DNA of 64,000 bases from an uncultured Candidatus Saccharibacteria bacterium (GTDB lineage Bacteria; Patescibacteriota; Minisyncoccia; RBG-13-40-8-A), in the NCBI GenBank assembly GCA_965231075.1, contig OZ246412.1:14224-78223 (forward strand). Reading direction: 5' to 3'. Below are positions 46,722 to 58,704 of the stretch, piece by piece; position 1 is the stretch's first letter, and each line of letters begins with the position of its first letter. The position numbers and the translations under genes are program-made. Under the pieces are notes generated by a model that saw only the letters and a program-made list of their open reading frames with translations, was not told the DNA's origin and searched no databases.

Positions 46722-47195
46722 ATGAGAAGAAAGCAAGCTGTAAAAATAGAATTAAATCCAGACCCAAGATACGGGAGTATTTTGGTTTCGAAATTTGTAA
46801 ACAATTTAATGCTTGAAGGCAAAAAATCAACTGCCCAAGCTATTTTTTATACTGCCATGGATTTGGCGGCAAAAGAATTAAAGAAACAGGAGAACGTATT
46901 AGAAATTTTTGAACAAGCCATAAAAAACACCTCACCGCTTTTAGAGGTTAAATCAAGAAGAGTGGGAGGAGCCAACTATCAGGTTCCTTACGAGGTAAAA
47001 GGCAAAAGAAAAGAAGCATTATCAATGCGCTGGATTATTGGTGCGACTCGAAAAGGGAAAGGAAAACCAACCGCAGAAAAATTGGCCAAAGAATTAATTG
47101 ATGCCTACAATAATACTGGCGAAGCAGTTAAAAAGAAAGAAGAAACACATCGTGTAGCAGAGGCAAACAGAGCTTTTGCACATTTTGCTTGGTAA
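46722..47195 (+). CDS. rpsG: 30S ribosomal protein S7
   Basis: [25 protein letters not shown]. Confidence 0.99.
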   Translation: MRRKQAVKIELNPDPRYGSILVSKFVNNLMLEGKKSTAQAIFYTAMDLAAKELKKQENVLEIFEQAIKNTSPLLEVKSRRVGGANYQVPYEVKGKRKEALSMRWIIGATRKGKGKPTAEKLAKELIDAYNNTGEAVKKKEETHRVAEANRAFAHFAW

Positions 47196-47199
47196 ATAT

Positions 47200-49305
47200 A
47201 TGAGAGACTATCCTTTAGAAAAAGTTAGAAACTTTGGAATCATTGCCCATATTGATGCTGGTAAGACCACTACATCAGAAAGAGTTTTGTATTACACAGG
47301 AATGATTCATAAAATTGGTGAAGTTCATGAGGGAGAAACAACTACTGATTGGATGGAACAGGAAAGAGAGCGCGGTATTACAATCACTGCTGCAGCAATC
47401 ACTTGTTTTTGGAATCCAACTTACATGCCCGCCTCTGATACTTCTAAAAAGGTACGTTTTAATATTATTGACACTCCGGGACATATTGATTTTACAGCTG
47501 AAGTTAAAAGATCGCTCCATGTTTTAGATGGGGCGGTTGTTGTTTTTGACGGAGTCGCAGGCGTAGAGCCACAATCAGAGACAAACTGGCGTTATGCTGA
47601 CGAAGAAAATGTTCCTCGATTATGTTTTATAAACAAACTAGATCGAATGGGAGCATCATTTGAAAAATCATATCAATCAATTTTGGACCGCTTAAATAAA
47701 AATGCAATTAGAGTACAAATTCCTATTGGACTAGAAGAAAATCATGTGGGGGTTATTGATTTGTTAAAGATGAAAGCATTTTATTTTGAAGGGGAAAAAG
47801 GAATTAATGTCGTGGAAAAAGAAATCCCCGTAGAATACTTGGAAGACGCTAAAAAATATCGAGGAGAATTGATTGAAAAAATTGTTGCCGAAGACGAAAC
47901 GTTAATGAATCAATATTTAGAGGGCAAAGAAATTGCCATTGATGAATTAAAAGCAGTTTTACGTAAAGCAGTAATTGCTAACACGATTTTTCCTGTATTT
48001 GCCGGATCGGCATTAAAAAACAAGGGAGTGCAGTTAATTTTGGATGCGGTTGTTGACTATTTGCCTAGCCCATTAGATATTCCACCAGTCAAGGGCATTG
48101 ATCCAAAAACCGGAGAAGAGATGGTAAGACACGCTTCCGACGAAGAGCCGTTTTCAGCATTAGCATTTAAATTACAAAGCGACCCATTTGTAGGCCAGCT
48201 TACTTTCTTTAGGGTCTATTCTGGAACAGTGTCGGCGGGGTCATATATCTATAATTCGACAACCGACAAAAAAGAAAGACTGGGAAGAATAGTGCGTCTA
48301 CAGGCAGACAAAAGAGAAGAAGTGGAAACAGTCTATGCCGGAGAAATCGCGGCCGCAGTAGGACTAAAAGACGTTAGAACTAGTCACACTTTTTGTGACG
48401 AGAATAAACCGATTTTGCTTGAACAAATTAAGTTCATGGAACCGGTTATTGCCATGAGTATTGAGCCAAAAACTAAGGCCGATCAAGAAAGAATGGGTAT
48501 GGCCCTAAAAAGACTAACTGACGAAGATCCAACTTTTAGAATAAAAACCGACGAAGAAACTGGCCAAACAATTATTTGGGGCATGGGCGAACTACACTTA
48601 GAAATTATTGTTGATAGAATGAAGAGAGAGTTTAAAGTTGAAACCAATGTTGGCAGGCCACAAGTAGCATACAAAGAAACAATTAAAAATACCGCAGAAG
48701 CAGAAGGAAAATATATCCGTCAATCTGGAGGTCGTGGTCAATATGGTCACGTTTGGATAAAAATTGAACCACTAGAAAGAGGAAAGGGTTTTGAATTTAT
48801 TGATCAGATTAAGGGAGGTGTTATCCCCGGAGAATATATTCCAGCAATCAAGAAGGGCATAAAAGAGGCGATGGACAGGGGTGTTTTGGCCGGATATCCG
48901 TTTGTGGATGCGCAGGTTACCTTGTTTGATGGATCTTTCCATGAAGTTGACTCTTCTGAAGCAGCATTTAAAATGGCTGGTTCGTTTGCATTACAAGAAG
49001 CAGCAAAAAAAGCAGGTTTAATTTTGCTTGAACCAATTATGAAATTAGAAGTGGTTATGCCTGCAGAATTTTTAGGTGATGTCACGGGAGATTTAAATAG
49101 TAAAAGAGCGAGAATAGAGAAACTTGATGATCGTTTGAATTCAAAGGTCATCGACGCAAAAGTTCCTTTATCTGAAATGTTTGGTTATGCAACACGCATT
49201 AGATCAATGACTCAGGGAAGAGGAACGTTCACAATGGAATTTTCTAATTACGAAGAAGTTCCCAAAAATGTGGCGCAAACCATTATCGAGGGTAGACAAA
49301 AGTAA
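47200..49305 (+). CDS. fusA: Elongation factor G
   Basis: [30 protein letters not shown]; start ATG 47200. Confidence 0.99.
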   Translation: MRDYPLEKVRNFGIIAHIDAGKTTTSERVLYYTGMIHKIGEVHEGETTTDWMEQERERGITITAAAITCFWNPTYMPASDTSKKVRFNIIDTPGHIDFTAEVKRSLHVLDGAVVVFDGVAGVEPQSETNWRYADEENVPRLCFINKLDRMGASFEKSYQSILDRLNKNAIRVQIPIGLEENHVGVIDLLKMKAFYFEGEKGINVVEKEIPVEYLEDAKKYRGELIEKIVAEDETLMNQYLEGKEIAIDELKAVLRKAVIANTIFPVFAGSALKNKGVQLILDAVVDYLPSPLDIPPVKGIDPKTGEEMVRHASDEEPFSALAFKLQSDPFVGQLTFFRVYSGTVSAGSYIYNSTTDKKERLGRIVRLQADKREEVETVYAGEIAAAVGLKDVRTSHTFCDENKPILLEQIKFMEPVIAMSIEPKTKADQERMGMALKRLTDEDPTFRIKTDEETGQTIIWGMGELHLEIIVDRMKREFKVETNVGRPQVAYKETIKNTAEAEGKYIRQSGGRGQYGHVWIKIEPLERGKGFEFIDQIKGGVIPGEYIPAIKKGIKEAMDRGVLAGYPFVDAQVTLFDGSFHEVDSSEAAFKMAGSFALQEAAKKAGLILLEPIMKLEVVMPAEFLGDVTGDLNSKRARIEKLDDRLNSKVIDAKVPLSEMFGYATRIRSMTQGRGTFTMEFSNYEEVPKNVAQTIIEGRQK

Positions 49306-49311
49306 TAACAC

Positions 49312-49340
49312 TTGACTGATTATTAATAATCAGTTAAACT
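49312..49340 (+). promoter_or_regulatory. tuf promoter with a palindromic spacer
   Basis: TTGACT-N17-TAAACT; perfect 20-bp palindrome at 49315-49334. Confidence 0.65.
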
Positions 49341-49432
49341 GTAAAGTAATAAATTAATAACGCGACACGAATTACGAATAACAAACGAATCTACAAATTC
49401 GTAGGATTGGTGGTTAGTGTCGAAACAATAAT

Positions 49433-50629
49433 ATGGCAGGGAAATTTGAAAGAACAAAACCACACGTTAACGTAGGAACCATTGGTCACGTTGATCACGG
49501 CAAAACTACTTTAACTGCAGCCATCTTAAAACAATTGGGTCTTAAGGGTTTTGTTGCATCGAAAAGAGGCGTTAATGAAATTGATGCCGCTCCAGAAGAA
49601 AGAGAGCGTGGTATTACAATCGCATTAGCACACGTTGAATACGAAACAGAGAAAAGACATTATGCACACATTGATGCTCCAGGACACGCTGATTATATTA
49701 AAAACATGATCACCGGTGCAGCTCAAATGGATGGTGCTGTTTTGGTCGTATCAGCAGCTGATGGTCCAATGCCTCAAACCAGAGAGCATATACTTTTAGC
49801 TAATCAAGTCGGAGTGCCAAATATTATTGTTTTCTTAAACAAAGTTGATCAGGTTGATGATCCAGAACTTATTGATTTAGTTGAAGCCGAAGTTAGAGAG
49901 CTTTTAACAAAATATCAATACCCGGGAGATAAAACCCCATTTATTAGAGGTTCAGCATTAAAAGCATTAGAATCAGACGATCCTAATTCAGAAGACGCAA
50001 AATGTATTTTTGAGCTTGCAAAAGCATTAGATGAATACATCCCGGAACCAAAAAGAGAAACCGATAAACCATTTTTAATGCCAATCGAAGACATCTTCTC
50101 AATCGAAGGTCGTGGAACTGTTGTTACAGGAAAAATTGAAAGAGGTATTGTTAAGATTAATGATGAAATCGAAGTTGTGGGTCTAAAGCCAACACAGAAA
50201 ACGGTTGTAACTGGAATTGAAATGTTTAACAAATCACTAGATGAAGGTATGGCAGGAGATAATGCTGGTATTCTTATTAGAGGATTAAAGAAAGAAGACG
50301 TTGAAAGAGGACAAGTTATTGTTAAGCCAGGCTCAGTTACTCCTCATAGTGAATTTGAAGCCGAAGCATATATTTTATCCAAAGAGGAAGGCGGTAGACA
50401 CACCCCATTCTTTAAAGGATATAAACCTCAATTCTACATTAGAACCACTGATGTTACCGGAGATGTTGTTTCATTGGCCGATGGAGTAGAAATGATTATG
50501 CCAGGAGACAATGCCAAAATTACTGTAAAATTGATTGCTCCAGTCGCTCTAGAAGAAAAGCAAAAGTTTGCTATTCGTGAAGGTGGAAAAACTGTTGGAG
50601 CGGGATTTGTTACCAAGATCATTAAATAA
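49433..50629 (+). CDS. tuf: Elongation factor Tu
   Basis: [32 protein letters not shown]. Confidence 0.99.
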   Translation: MAGKFERTKPHVNVGTIGHVDHGKTTLTAAILKQLGLKGFVASKRGVNEIDAAPEERERGITIALAHVEYETEKRHYAHIDAPGHADYIKNMITGAAQMDGAVLVVSAADGPMPQTREHILLANQVGVPNIIVFLNKVDQVDDPELIDLVEAEVRELLTKYQYPGDKTPFIRGSALKALESDDPNSEDAKCIFELAKALDEYIPEPKRETDKPFLMPIEDIFSIEGRGTVVTGKIERGIVKINDEIEVVGLKPTQKTVVTGIEMFNKSLDEGMAGDNAGILIRGLKKEDVERGQVIVKPGSVTPHSEFEAEAYILSKEEGGRHTPFFKGYKPQFYIRTTDVTGDVVSLADGVEMIMPGDNAKITVKLIAPVALEEKQKFAIREGGKTVGAGFVTKIIK

Positions 50630-50657
50630 CATTTAAGATTGAGTAAGTTCATAGTTT

Positions 50658-51002
50658 ATGGCAGTTAAAAAGAAAGATAGTGTTGCTCAAGAAGAGGCAA
50701 AACAACGTCTTAGGATCAAAATAAAAGCGTTTGATCATAAGATTGTTGACCAATCTGCAAAACAAATTATCGAGACTGCCGAGAGATATGGCGCTGAAGT
50801 AGTTGGTCCAATACCTCTACCCACCCATATTCAAAAATATACAGTTAACCGTTCAACCTTCGTGCACAAAAATGCCAGGGAGCAGTTCGAGATGAGAACA
50901 CACAAACGTGTAATTGATATATTTAATCCCGCACCCAAAATTATTGACGCACTAATGAATCTGAATTTACCAGCAGGAGTTGATATCGAGATAAAGATGT
51001 AA
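50658..51002 (+). CDS. rpsJ: 30S ribosomal protein S10
   Basis: [18 protein letters not shown]. Confidence 0.98.
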   Translation: MAVKKKDSVAQEEAKQRLRIKIKAFDHKIVDQSAKQIIETAERYGAEVVGPIPLPTHIQKYTVNRSTFVHKNAREQFEMRTHKRVIDIFNPAPKIIDALMNLNLPAGVDIEIKM

Positions 51003-51086
51003 AAATTACAAATTGTAACGCAAGGATTATAAATAGTTATGAATTTGTATTTACAATATAATTAGTTTGTTTTTTAGCTAACTGTG

Positions 51087-51116
51087 TGAAAAATACCGGG
51101 TAGCCGGTATTTTTCA
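51087..51116 (+). terminator. Terminator/attenuator-like hairpin between rpsJ and rplC
   Basis: TGAAAAATACCGG-GTAG-CCGGTATTTTTCA. Confidence 0.6.
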
Positions 51117-51145
51117 TTAAGAATTTGTAAATTAAGATTAAGATT

Positions 51146-51739
51146 ATGAAGTTCATTGTTGGAAAAAAAGTCGGAATGACTCAAATATATGACAAGAATG
51201 GAAATGTAACGCCAGTTACAGTTATTGAGGCTGGTCCTTGTTTTGTTACTCAGATTAAAACCAAAGAGAAGGATGGTTATGAATCCGTCCAGATTGGATT
51301 TGAGCCATTAAAGGAAAAGAAGATTAAAAAAACACAAAAAGGCAAAGAATATCGATTTCTAACTGAATTTCGAAATGCAATCGAAGAATACAAAACCGGA
51401 GACAAGATTGATGTTTCTAAATTTGTTGAGGGAGAAAAAATAAAGGTGTCGGGCATTACCAAGGGTCGTGGTTTCCAGGGAGTGGTTAAAAGACATGGAT
51501 TTAAGGGAGCACCAGCATCACACGGCCATCCACACGATCAAAGAAAGCCAGGATCAATTGGATGCAGTTTTCCCGAAAGAGTTATTAAGGGTATGAGAAT
51601 GGCGGGGCACATGGGAGTTGCTAGACATACTGTTAAAAATTTAAAAATTGTGACCGTTGATTCAGAAAATAATTTATTGGCTGTGTCGGGCGCAGTACCG
51701 GGTCCCAATAACGGAATAATTGAAATACAAACAGTCTAA
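51146..51739 (+). CDS. rplC: 50S ribosomal protein L3
   Basis: KVGMTQ, KGRGFQGVVKRHG, GAVPG. Confidence 0.98.
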   Translation: MKFIVGKKVGMTQIYDKNGNVTPVTVIEAGPCFVTQIKTKEKDGYESVQIGFEPLKEKKIKKTQKGKEYRFLTEFRNAIEEYKTGDKIDVSKFVEGEKIKVSGITKGRGFQGVVKRHGFKGAPASHGHPHDQRKPGSIGCSFPERVIKGMRMAGHMGVARHTVKNLKIVTVDSENNLLAVSGAVPGPNNGIIEIQTV

Positions 51740-51741
51740 AT

Positions 51742-52383
51742 ATGATTAAGACAGATTTATACAACCTAGACGGAGAAAAAACTGGAACAATCGAATTGCC
51801 AGAAAATATTTTTAATGTTGAAATTAACAATGATGTAATTTATCAGGCAGTTAACGTTCAAATGGCAAACTCTCGTCAAAGTTTAGCACATACCTTAAAT
51901 AGAGGAGAAGTTAGGGGTGGAGGAAAAAAACCATGGAGACAAAAGGGTACTGGCCGTGCAAGACACGGTTCAACCAGATCACCAATATGGAGAGGGGGAG
52001 GCATTACTTTTGGACCAAGAAACGATGAAAACTTCTCTAGAAAAATTAACAAAAAAACAAAACAAAAAGCATTATTTATGGTTTTGTCTTCCAAGTTAAG
52101 AGACAAAGAATTGATTGTTGTCGAAGATTTAAATATAAACGAACCAAAAACAAAAATAATTTCAGAAATTTTAAAAAAGATTTTCAAAGGCAAGAAAAAA
52201 ATTAGTGTTTTGGCCACGATATCAAAAAACAAGAAAAATGTGGGCATTGCAATGAGAAATATTCCTAACTCTAAAACCATTTTTGCGGATAGTTTGAACG
52301 TTTTAGAATTATTATCCTTTAAATATTTATTGATAGATAAAGAAGCGATTAGTGTAATCAATGAAACATATGGCAATATTTAA
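51742..52383 (+). CDS. rplD: 50S ribosomal protein L4
   Basis: KPWRQKGTGRARHGS. Confidence 0.98.
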   Translation: MIKTDLYNLDGEKTGTIELPENIFNVEINNDVIYQAVNVQMANSRQSLAHTLNRGEVRGGGKKPWRQKGTGRARHGSTRSPIWRGGGITFGPRNDENFSRKINKKTKQKALFMVLSSKLRDKELIVVEDLNINEPKTKIISEILKKIFKGKKKISVLATISKNKKNVGIAMRNIPNSKTIFADSLNVLELLSFKYLLIDKEAISVINETYGNI

Positions 52384-52774
52384 TATTTTTAAAAAACACA
52401 ACGCTGATCAAAAGCCAAAAGTTAAGACCGAATCCAAGAAAGAAAAGAAGATCGAGCAGACAGTTAAAAAAGCTCCAGCCAAAAAGAAAGAAATTGCAAT
52501 CGCTGGACTTTTGAAAGAGCCACACATCAGCGAGAAAGCGACAATATTGTCAGAAAACGGCAAATATGTTTTTAAAGTTTACGCCGATGCTAATAAGTCA
52601 GAGGTTAAAAAAGCTATTTCTGGTCTTTATGGAGTGACAGTAAAAGACGTTAAAATCATTAATATTAAATCAAAAACCAGAATTATGAGAGGAATGAAAG
52701 GCGAGAAACCTGGATACAAAAAAGCCATTGTTACCCTAGAAAGGGGACATAAAATTGAAATTTTACCTCATTAA
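52370..52774 (+). CDS. rplW: 50S ribosomal protein L23 with N-terminal extension
   Basis: PHISEKA, YVFKV, YKKAIVTL; start at 52361 or 52370. Confidence 0.95.
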   Translation: MAIFNIFKKHNADQKPKVKTESKKEKKIEQTVKKAPAKKKEIAIAGLLKEPHISEKATILSENGKYVFKVYADANKSEVKKAISGLYGVTVKDVKIINIKSKTRIMRGMKGEKPGYKKAIVTLERGHKIEILPH

Positions 52775-52776
52775 TT

Positions 52777-53619
52777 ATGAAACACTTTAACCCAACAAGC
52801 CCGGGTACCAGAGGAAGAATTGGTATCGAATATAAAAAACTGCTATCTGGAGACAATCCTAAAAAGTCTTTGCTTTTGTCGTTTAAAGAGCAGGCAGGGA
52901 GAAACCGGAAGGGCAGAATTACAGTGAGACATCAGGGCGGGGGACACAAAAAATTATTTAGATTAATTGATTTCAAAAGAGAGAAACTTAATATTCCAGC
53001 AAAGATCAAAACGGTAGAATATGATCCTAATAGATCGGTGTTTATTGCTTTGGTTTGTTATAAAGACGGAGAACAGAGATATATTTTATTGCCACAAGAC
53101 CTAAAAATTGGAGACGAAATCATTGCTTCAGAAAAAACAGGAATAAAACCCGGCAACAGATTATTGCTTAAAAATATTCCCGTGGGAACGTTTGTTCATG
53201 ATATTGAATTAATTCCCGGACAAGGCGGAAAAATAGTCCACTCTGCTGGATCTAGTGCACAAGTAACTGCCAACGAGGGGAGATACGTTCATTTAACGCT
53301 TCCTTCCACAGAAACAAGAATGATTCTAGCGGATTGTATGGCAACAGTTGGTGCTTTGAGCAATCCTGAACACATGTTTACAAATTTAGGCAAGGCCGGA
53401 AGAATGAGGTGGAAAGGAGTTAGACCAAGGGTTAGAGGTACGGCCATGAATCCAGTCGACCATCCACACGGAGGGGGTGAGGGTAGGGCGCCAATTGGTT
53501 TGCGCAGAGGCCCGAAGACTCCATGGGGTAAACAAGCGTTTGGTGTTAAGACAAGAAAGAATAAAAAATATTCAGACAGATTTATTGTTCAAAGAAGAAT
53601 TCATAAAAAACGAAAATAA
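52777..53619 (+). CDS. rplB: 50S ribosomal protein L2
   Basis: [20 protein letters not shown]. Confidence 0.99.
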   Translation: MKHFNPTSPGTRGRIGIEYKKLLSGDNPKKSLLLSFKEQAGRNRKGRITVRHQGGGHKKLFRLIDFKREKLNIPAKIKTVEYDPNRSVFIALVCYKDGEQRYILLPQDLKIGDEIIASEKTGIKPGNRLLLKNIPVGTFVHDIELIPGQGGKIVHSAGSSAQVTANEGRYVHLTLPSTETRMILADCMATVGALSNPEHMFTNLGKAGRMRWKGVRPRVRGTAMNPVDHPHGGGEGRAPIGLRRGPKTPWGKQAFGVKTRKNKKYSDRFIVQRRIHKKRK

Positions 53620-53624
53620 AAAAT

Positions 53625-53948
53625 ATGCCAAGAAGTTTAAAAAAAGGTCCATGGGTGGACGAAAAACTAATTGAAAAAGTCAAACTAGCCAAGGGCGGAG
53701 AAAAGAGGGTTATTAAAACCTGGGCCAGAGACTGTACAATCACTCCTGAAATGGTTGGATATACTTTTGGTGTACACAACGGCAAAGATCATATTGCGGT
53801 GTTTGTTACCGAAGAAATGGTCGGACATAAATTAGGAGAATTTTCTCCAACCAGAAAATTTGTTCGTCACGGGGGCAAGATGCAGAAAGAAATTGAAAAA
53901 GGAACACCAGCTCCAGTAGCTACTCCTGCCACTAAATCAAGCAAATAA
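53625..53948 (+). CDS. rpsS: 30S ribosomal protein S19
   Basis: [20 protein letters not shown]. Confidence 0.98.
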   Translation: MPRSLKKGPWVDEKLIEKVKLAKGGEKRVIKTWARDCTITPEMVGYTFGVHNGKDHIAVFVTEEMVGHKLGEFSPTRKFVRHGGKMQKEIEKGTPAPVATPATKSSK

Positions 53949-53953
53949 AACAT

Positions 53954-54472
53954 ATGGAAATCAAGGCCAGTTTAAATTATTTAAGAATTGCTCCCAGAAA
54001 GGTTAGATCTGTAGTAGATTTAATGCGGGGCAAGGAGATTAAACAAGCAGAGGCTCAGCTAAAATTTTTAAGTCGTAGAGCATCAGCGCCGGTTTATCGA
54101 CTTTTAAAATCGGCAATCGCTAACGCTAAGAGTAATTTTGGGGTTGATAAAGAAAATTTATTTATAAAAGAGATCAGAGTTAATGGGGGGGTGCCATACA
54201 AAAGATGGAGACCAATGTCGCGCGGTAGAGCATTTCCAATTTTAAAAAGAACAAGTCATATTGTTATTTCTTTGGGAGTTAAAGAGGGAGTTAAGATTGA
54301 AAAGAAACAATCAAAAATTTCAGAAGTTAAAATCAGTAAATCAGAAAATGTTGTCAAAGAGGAAACAAAAACTGCTACAAAAACAATTAATAAAAAACCG
54401 GCCAAAGAGATGGGAATCAAGCCCAAAAAACAAAATTTGGCCAAGAGAATTTTTAGAAGGAAATCAATTTAA
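53954..54472 (+). CDS. rplV: 50S ribosomal protein L22 with C-terminal extension
   Basis: IAPRKVR, SAIANA, KRTSHI. Confidence 0.97.
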   Translation: MEIKASLNYLRIAPRKVRSVVDLMRGKEIKQAEAQLKFLSRRASAPVYRLLKSAIANAKSNFGVDKENLFIKEIRVNGGVPYKRWRPMSRGRAFPILKRTSHIVISLGVKEGVKIEKKQSKISEVKISKSENVVKEETKTATKTINKKPAKEMGIKPKKQNLAKRIFRRKSI

Positions 54473-54474
54473 TT

Positions 54475-55125
54475 ATGAGTCACAGAGTACATCCAAAAGT
54501 TTTTAGAATAAAAGGTATTGAAGACTGGCAGTCACAGTGGTTCAGCAAAAAAAACTACAAAGGTAATTTGGAGCAGGATCTTGCTATTCGTGGTTTTGTT
54601 AAAAAAGAACTAAAATCAGCAGCGATTGACGAAGTTGTGATCAAGCGATCAGCAAATTCCGTACATATTATTATCAAAGCAGCCCGACCAGGCATTATTA
54701 TTGGTCGTGGCGGCGCTGGCATACAAGAGGTTAAAAAGCAAATCATTAGTAAAATTTTTAAAGGCAAAATTAAGGGCATTGATATTAAAATTGACGTGGA
54801 AGAAATCAGGAAAGCCGAAATTCAATCAAGTATTGTTGGTCAAGCAATTGCCGAACAATTGGAACGCAGAATGCCATTTCGAAGAGTTATGAAACAAACC
54901 ATTGAAAAAATCATTCAGAATCCGGAAGTTAAGGGTGTTAAGATTTTCGTTTCTGGACGATTGAATGGTTCGGAAATGGCCAGAGAAGAGTGGCTTAAAA
55001 AAGGCAATTTACCATTACAGACAATCAGAACAAATATTGATTATGCGCAAGTTAATGCGCACACAATTTACGGAGTAATTGGAATAAAGGTCTGGATAAA
55101 CAAAGGAGAAATTTTTGATAAATAA
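54475..55125 (+). CDS. rpsC: 30S ribosomal protein S3
   Basis: [25 protein letters not shown]. Confidence 0.98.
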   Translation: MSHRVHPKVFRIKGIEDWQSQWFSKKNYKGNLEQDLAIRGFVKKELKSAAIDEVVIKRSANSVHIIIKAARPGIIIGRGGAGIQEVKKQIISKIFKGKIKGIDIKIDVEEIRKAEIQSSIVGQAIAEQLERRMPFRRVMKQTIEKIIQNPEVKGVKIFVSGRLNGSEMAREEWLKKGNLPLQTIRTNIDYAQVNAHTIYGVIGIKVWINKGEIFDK

Positions 55126-55127
55126 TT

Positions 55128-55535
55128 ATGCAACCCAAAAAAGTTAAACATAGAAAGTGGCACAAGGGCAGAAGAAGATCTTTGGGAGTAGCAAAGGGTG
55201 GTACAGAGTTAAGCTTTGGAAGTTTTGGCTTGAAATCTGATGGAACTAAGTGGATCACTGCTAGGCAAATTGAAGCTGCAAGACGTGCAATGACTCACCA
55301 TCTTCAGAAAGGCGGAAAGCTTTGGATTAAAATTTTTCCCGACAAGCCCGTTACACAAAAAGGACAAGAAGTGCCCATGGGTGGAGGCAAGGGAAGTGTT
55401 GAACACTATGTCGCCGCGGTGAAGCCCGGGAGAATACTTTTTGAAATTGATGGGGTAACCGAGGCCATTGCCAGAGAAGCAATGAAATTGGCTTCACATA
55501 AATTACCAATTAAAACTAAATTTGTTAAAAGATAA
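55128..55535 (+). CDS. rplP: 50S ribosomal protein L16
   Basis: [19 protein letters not shown]. Confidence 0.98.
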   Translation: MQPKKVKHRKWHKGRRRSLGVAKGGTELSFGSFGLKSDGTKWITARQIEAARRAMTHHLQKGGKLWIKIFPDKPVTQKGQEVPMGGGKGSVEHYVAAVKPGRILFEIDGVTEAIAREAMKLASHKLPIKTKFVKR

Positions 55536-55537
55536 TT

Positions 55538-55729
55538 ATGAAAGTCCAAGAATTAAAACAAAAAACAGACAAAGAATTACATGATACACTAATTCAACTA
55601 AAAGACTCCTTAAGAGAGCTGAGGTTTAATTTAATTGGTGGCAAAGTGAAAAACATCAACGAAATTCATCGCACAAGACGCGATATCGCAAGGGTATTAA
55701 CTTTAATAAAATTACAACATGGAAAATAA
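55538..55729 (+). CDS. rpmC: 50S ribosomal protein L29
   Basis: LRF..RRDIARVLT; operon position. Confidence 0.95.
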   Translation: MKVQELKQKTDKELHDTLIQLKDSLRELRFNLIGGKVKNINEIHRTRRDIARVLTLIKLQHGK

Positions 55730-55961
55730 TACAGAATTAAATAAGCGCGTATTAAAGGGGACGGTAGTTTCAGACAAAATGGATAAAACCGTTGTGGTTT
55801 TAATTGAAAGAATTAAAGAACACAAACAATATCGTAAAAGATACAAAGTTTCGAAAAAATATAAAGCACACGATCAAGAAAATAAATATCACATTGGCGA
55901 CAAAGTTACAATTAAGGAATGTAAACCAATGTCGAAAGATAAAAAATGGATAGTGTTATAA
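55719..55961 (+). CDS. rpsQ: 30S ribosomal protein S17
   Basis: [24 protein letters not shown]. Confidence 0.97.
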   Translation: MENNTELNKRVLKGTVVSDKMDKTVVVLIERIKEHKQYRKRYKVSKKYKAHDQENKYHIGDKVTIKECKPMSKDKKWIVL

Positions 55962-55965
55962 TTAT

Positions 55966-56331
55966 ATGATACAAGTTGGAACAAATTTAAAAGTTGCTGA
56001 TAATACTGGAGCGAAAGCCATCCGCGTGTTTAGAATTTTAGGCGCAACCAGAAAAAGATATGCAATAATTGGAGACATTGTTGTTGCTTCGGTTAAATTA
56101 GTTGAACCAAGAAAAATGGTTAAAAAGAAAGAAATAATCAAGGCCGTAATTGTCAGACAAAAAAAATCTCTTAGAAGAAAAGATGGTAGTTATATTAGAT
56201 TCGATGACAATGCTGCTGTTATTCTAAACGGAGAGGAGCCAAAAGGAAATAGAATTTTTGGTCCAGTAGCCAGAGAGTTAAAGGACCGTGGTTTTGACAG
56301 AATAATTTCATTAGCACCCGAAGTACTATAA
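55966..56331 (+). CDS. rplN: 50S ribosomal protein L14
   Basis: [22 protein letters not shown]. Confidence 0.98.
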   Translation: MIQVGTNLKVADNTGAKAIRVFRILGATRKRYAIIGDIVVASVKLVEPRKMVKKKEIIKAVIVRQKKSLRRKDGSYIRFDDNAAVILNGEEPKGNRIFGPVARELKDRGFDRIISLAPEVL

Positions 56332-56345
56332 TTTTTGATAAATAT

Positions 56346-56651
56346 ATGGAAATTAAATTAAACGACACTGTCATAATAATTGCCGGCAAAGACAAGGGAA
56401 AAAGCGGAAAGGTTAATGAAGTTTTCCCCAAAACCAACAGAATTATTGTTGAGGGTTTAAATATTGTAAAAAAGCACGTGAAACCCAAAAAAGAAGGAGA
56501 GAAAGGACAACGCGTGGAAATCCCCCGATCGATTGATGTTTCTAACGTGAAACTGGTTTGTTCGAAATGTAAACAAGCAACCAGAATCGGACACAGAATA
56601 CTAGAAAATGGCAAAACAAGGACTTGTAAAAAATGTAATCAAGAAATTTAA
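56346..56651 (+). CDS. rplX: 50S ribosomal protein L24
   Basis: IAGKDKGKSG, VEGLN, SNV. Confidence 0.97.
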   Translation: MEIKLNDTVIIIAGKDKGKSGKVNEVFPKTNRIIVEGLNIVKKHVKPKKEGEKGQRVEIPRSIDVSNVKLVCSKCKQATRIGHRILENGKTRTCKKCNQEI

Positions 56652-56658
56652 ATAATAT

Positions 56659-57198
56659 ATGACATTGGAAGAAAAATACAAAAAAGAAGTTGTGCCAAAA
56701 ATGAAAGACAGATTTGGATTTAAGAACGACTTTTCTGTTCCCAGAATCGAAAAGGTTGTGGTTAATGTTGGCATTGGAAGTGCCATGGCCTCCAAAGATG
56801 AGAAGGCTCGCGAATCAATCGAGAAGGACATTATTTTAATTACCGGACAAAAACCACTTGTAACCTTGGCCAAAAAAGCAATTGCTGCCTTTAAAACTCG
56901 AGAAGGTATGCCGGTTGGACTGAAAGTTACATTGCGCGGAAAAAGGATGTACGATTTTGTTTCCCGATTAATCAATATTGTTTTGCCCAGAACCAGGGAT
57001 TTTAGGGGATTAAATTCTAAATCAATTGATGCAGATGGCAATTTAAGCATTGGTATCAAAGAACATCTTATTTTTCCAGAGATTTCACAAGAAGATATTC
57101 GTAGAATATTCGGATTAGAGATAACCGTAGTTACGCACATTAAAGACAAGGCACAAGCATTAGAATTATATAAATTAATCGGTTTTCCGATAAAATAA
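56659..57198 (+). CDS. rplE: 50S ribosomal protein L5
   Basis: [21 protein letters not shown]. Confidence 0.98.
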   Translation: MTLEEKYKKEVVPKMKDRFGFKNDFSVPRIEKVVVNVGIGSAMASKDEKARESIEKDIILITGQKPLVTLAKKAIAAFKTREGMPVGLKVTLRGKRMYDFVSRLINIVLPRTRDFRGLNSKSIDADGNLSIGIKEHLIFPEISQEDIRRIFGLEITVVTHIKDKAQALELYKLIGFPIK

Positions 57199-57202
57199 AC
57201 TT

Positions 57203-57388
57203 ATGGCCAAAACGTCAGACATCGCAAAATCTAAAAAGAAACCAAAATTCATAACTCGAAAAGTTAACCGTTGTTTTAGGTGTGGTCGTAGACACGGGTT
57301 TATGAGAAAATTTGGCTTATGTAGAATTTGTTTTAGGGAGTTGGCAAATAAAGGTGAACTTCCAGGAATTAAAAAATCAAGTTGGTAA
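57203..57388 (+). CDS. rpsN: 30S ribosomal protein S14 (zinc-binding type Z)
   Basis: RCFRCGR...[14 protein letters not shown]. Confidence 0.97.
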   Translation: MAKTSDIAKSKKKPKFITRKVNRCFRCGRRHGFMRKFGLCRICFRELANKGELPGIKKSSW

Positions 57389-57392
57389 AATT

Positions 57393-57794
57393 ATGAACAT
57401 AGATCCAATATCAGACATGTTAACACGCATAAGAAACGCACAAGCAGTCGGACATAAAACCGTGAGTTTTGTGTACTCTAAAATTAAATTTGAATTAGCT
57501 AAAATTTTGAGCGCAGAAGGTTATATTGGCACCGTTAAAGAAACAGGAAAAGGTGTAACCAGGGAGATAGAGGCGACTTTAAAATATAGAGACGAAAGAA
57601 ATACAATGCCCAAAATTCAGGGATTAATTAGAATTAGTAAGTCTGGACAAAGAATTTATGTTGCCAAAAAAGATTTAATTAAGTATTCTCAAGGTCGTGG
57701 ATTAATTATTTTAACTACTTCTGCGGGTCTAATGACCGACAAGGAAGCAAAAAAGAAAGGACTAGGCGGAGAGTTAATTTGTAGAGTTTTTTAA
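57393..57794 (+). CDS. rpsH: 30S ribosomal protein S8
   Basis: DPISDMLTRIRNA, GGELIC; start ATG 57393. Confidence 0.97.
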   Translation: MNIDPISDMLTRIRNAQAVGHKTVSFVYSKIKFELAKILSAEGYIGTVKETGKGVTREIEATLKYRDERNTMPKIQGLIRISKSGQRIYVAKKDLIKYSQGRGLIILTTSAGLMTDKEAKKKGLGGELICRVF

Positions 57795-57795
57795 T

Positions 57796-58341
57796 ATGTC
57801 TAGAATAGGAAAACAACCGATAATTATTCCCGATGGCGTCGAAATCAAAATCGACGGTAATTTAATTTCGGTCAAAGGCAAGAAGGGTACATTATCACAG
57901 GAAATAACTTCTGATATTAAATTAGAGATTAAGGGCAAAACAATTTTATTAAAACAGGAGAATAAAACCAAAAACAGCACTGCTTTATGGGGAACATTTA
58001 GAGCTTTGATCGCCAATATGGTCAAGGGCGTTTCCGAGGGATTTAGTAAAAAATTGATTATTGAGGGAATTGGTTTCAAGGCAGCGGTTAATGGAAATAA
58101 ATTAGTTTTAAATTTAGGATTTTCTCACCCTGTAGAAATAATTGCTCCAAAGGAGGTTGAGTTCAAGGTAGAGAAAAACACAATTATTATTACGGGCATT
58201 GATAAGCAATTAGTTGGTCAAACAGCGGCCAATATTAGAGTACAAAAGAAACCCGAGCCATATAAGGGCAAGGGGATTAGATATGATAACGAAATAATCA
58301 GAAGAAAAGACGGCAAAAAGGCCGTAGGTACAACTGGATAA
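57796..58341 (+). CDS. rplF: 50S ribosomal protein L6
   Basis: [19 protein letters not shown]. Confidence 0.98.
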   Translation: MSRIGKQPIIIPDGVEIKIDGNLISVKGKKGTLSQEITSDIKLEIKGKTILLKQENKTKNSTALWGTFRALIANMVKGVSEGFSKKLIIEGIGFKAAVNGNKLVLNLGFSHPVEIIAPKEVEFKVEKNTIIITGIDKQLVGQTAANIRVQKKPEPYKGKGIRYDNEIIRRKDGKKAVGTTG

Positions 58342-58345
58342 TTAT

Positions 58346-58693
58346 ATGAAACGAACCAAAAAAGAAAAGAAAATAGTTAGACACACACGCATTAGAGCAA
58401 AATTAATTGGCACAAAGGAAGTCCCAAGGCTTTATGTTTTCAGAAGCAATAAACATATTTATGCACAACTGATTGATGATGTTAAGGGTAAGACACTAGC
58501 TAGCGCAAAAGACTCGGAAATAAAAGGTAAGCTTAAAAAAGTAGAGATGGCCTCGAAGGTCGGGGAATTAATCGCCAAGAAGGCATTAGAACAGAAAATT
58601 GAAAAAATAATTTTTGATCGAGCGGGACACAAATATCATGGTCGAATAAAGTCTTTAGCTGAAGGCGCTCGTAATGGTGGATTAAAATTTTAG
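58346..58693 (+). CDS. rplR: 50S ribosomal protein L18
   Basis: [22 protein letters not shown]. Confidence 0.98.
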   Translation: MKRTKKEKKIVRHTRIRAKLIGTKEVPRLYVFRSNKHIYAQLIDDVKGKTLASAKDSEIKGKLKKVEMASKVGELIAKKALEQKIEKIIFDRAGHKYHGRIKSLAEGARNGGLKF

Positions 58694-58704
58694 TAAATAA
58701 ATTT

